From Spirogloea muscicola (taxonomy: Eukaryota), in the NCBI GenBank assembly GCA_009602725.1, contig WELB01000028.1, positions 585,972 through 649,971 on the forward strand: a stretch of DNA of 64,000 bases, written 5' to 3'. The first letter of the stretch is position 1. The number at the start of each line of letters is the position of its first letter. The position numbers were made by a program, and so were the translations under genes. The notes below the pieces were generated by a model that was not told the origin of the DNA, did no database searches, and was given only the letters and a program-made list of their open reading frames with translations. This document shows positions 62,394 through 64,000 of this stretch, in pieces.

Positions 62394-62879
62394 TCCAACG
62401 CTGCATCGACATGCAGAAACGCCCTCTTTAAATCTTCTTTTAACCTTATCTTTTCGACGTGCAGCATATGTGACATGTAGTAGAAGAGCAAAGGTGCAGG
62501 ACTGCGCACTTGTTGTTATTCAGCTCAAGGTTCGTCAGATCATGGCAACTGCTGGTGGCAGGGAGCCTGTCAGCCTGTTCAAATTTGTGTCAGATCAAGT
62601 TATCCCAGACATCATGCATCAAGCACACCTCAATATGCACAGGAGCAGTCTAATGGAAAAGTTAGCTCCGTTGCTCGACCCTCAGAAAGACAGGCGCAAC
62701 CTCAAGGAGGCCGTGCTCACAAGCGGCTACGCGAATTCTGCGTGCACGCTGGCCCCCCAGGGAGGCTCCATGAGGTAGAGAAAAAGACGAAGGATCACTG
62801 CTGTCAAACTTTTAACCGAGATCGAGATTGAAAAACTGTAAGCTTGCTCACCTATTGTCACTGAGGCGGAGTATCTCAA

Positions 62880-63465
62880 GTTTCGATAGATTGCCCAGCG
62901 CTGCTGGGATAAGGGCCGATAGGTGTCATTCAGAATGAAGTATTGCAGGCTGCCAATGTTGCCGAGCTCCGGTGCCAGCTTGCCTTCCAGCCGCATCTCA
63001 GACACGTCTAGCCCAGTCACTTGCCTGCAAGTAGATACCAGTGGCCAGGAGTGAGAAAGGCTGAGCTTGACCAAGAATCCATGCTGCGCCTTCCTATGAG
63101 CTTGCTTATAAGCTGCTGGTCCAGGGACCCTGCGCCGCCTTACGCGCCACTCCAATTGGTCCTAGCGCGAGTGGATGCAGAGAAGGCGCGCACTGCAGGG
63201 CCATGACCTCAAGAAGGGCTGCCGCCACTTGTCGTGCCTGTCGCTTGACACGTTTCAGGGGCCAACTTGTTGTAGGCCGGGCTCGGGAAGAAGCTCTTGC
63301 CTGGGGCCTCCCTGCATCGTTGCACTGCACACAATGCCGAAGCAGCCGCACGGGGTAAGGTCGGCTGGGCTCCAATTGGGCTCCAATTGGCCAGTGTGCC
63401 ATAGGGGTCGTTGGTAATCCCGGCCTTGAAGGCCAGCAGGGCGGCCTTGTCGGAGCTGCGAGGGA
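62880..63465 (-). pseudogene. LRR-RLK N-terminal fragment (LRRNT and first LRRs)
   Basis: SSDKAALLAFKAGITNDPYGTLANWSP…ADLTPCGCFGIVC…; QVTGLDVSEMRLEGKLAPELGNIGSLQYFIL. Paralogous to 45180-45740; frameshifted and truncated. Confidence 0.78.
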
Positions 63466-63640
63466 GAGGATGACGGGCAGTCAGCCGGGGGTGGCCACAC
63501 GGAGGCACGCAGCGCAGGCACTGGAAAGAGAAAGAATGCGGCTGCTGATTACGAAAGAGCGGCTGTACAAGGCAGCCAAGTGCATATAGAATACAGGTGT
63601 TCATGAGGGGGCCAAGGTCCCCCAGCCAAGGTCACCTTGG

Positions 63641-64000
63641 ATGAAAGTTGGACGCGTACAGGTCGCGCTCGTAGCCGGCGGCGCAGGCACAGTAGGATCA
63701 AGCATTGTGCATGGTTTCCTCAACGCTGGCGCCGAGTGAGAACCTTCGCGTTGCAGATCCTCCAGCAACATTCTGGGCCTTAGAGCACTCTGGCGCTTGT
63801 GTACTTATATGTCCAGCTTCATCATTCTGGTGGTACATGGGCTGCAGAGTCGTCGTCCCCTCCAGACGCGTCGACGCGCTCAACACCCTCAGTACTGAGT
63901 GCGGCGGCGCCCAGGACCTCTACCTCGTCAATGCTGACATCAGCACGGAGGATGGAGCTCAAGTCGTTGCAAAGGTCGGACCCCTTAAAGCTGCTCTGTA
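63641..64000 (+). CDS. Short-chain dehydrogenase/reductase, N-terminal exons (runs off the window end)
   Basis: VALVAGGAGTVGSSIVHGFLNAGAE|VVVPSRRVDALNTL…LYLVNADISTEDGA. Rossmann GxxGxxG motif with a GT-AG intron; absent from the ORF track. Confidence 0.75.

Noticed and set aside
62480..62780. ORF segment after the DNMT as possible RT or DNMT C-terminus
   Set aside because: No RT motifs or DNMT motif IX/X are recognisable; it is left unassigned.

Overview
This is GC-rich, intron-containing eukaryotic DNA. It is most consistent with a streptophyte (charophyte) green alga, because it combines plant-type genes and LRR receptor kinases with a true UGA/SECIS selenoprotein. The left half (0.5-37 kb) is a compact run of mostly intact housekeeping genes: a TPR-PB1 PHOX/CLMP1-like protein, proteasome beta PBD, a small membrane protein, long-form tRNase Z, an HY5-like bZIP, proteasome alpha PAC, a hyccin-like protein, selenoprotein T and an HIPL1-like Pro-rich protein. 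Dense clusters of 5'-truncated CRE-type (restriction-like endonuclease) non-LTR retrotransposon 3' ends sit between these genes. The right half (38-64 kb) is an accessory graveyard. It holds a degenerate CRE RT ORF, four decayed LRR-RLK copies (two as an inverted pair), and a degenerate Ty3/gypsy-like LTR retrotransposon that carries its own C5-cytosine DNA methyltransferase; a second, truncated copy of this element lies at 10-12.7 kb. The main highlights are: (1) the DNMT-carrying LTR element; (2) SelT with an in-frame CTSU UGA and a well-formed type II SECIS, both missed by the ORF track; (3) many CRE subfamilies sharing a 3'UTR hairpin and pyrimidine tails, with TSDs that can be read against the paralogous LTR. 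Exon boundaries were inferred by eye, and N gaps hide several start codons.
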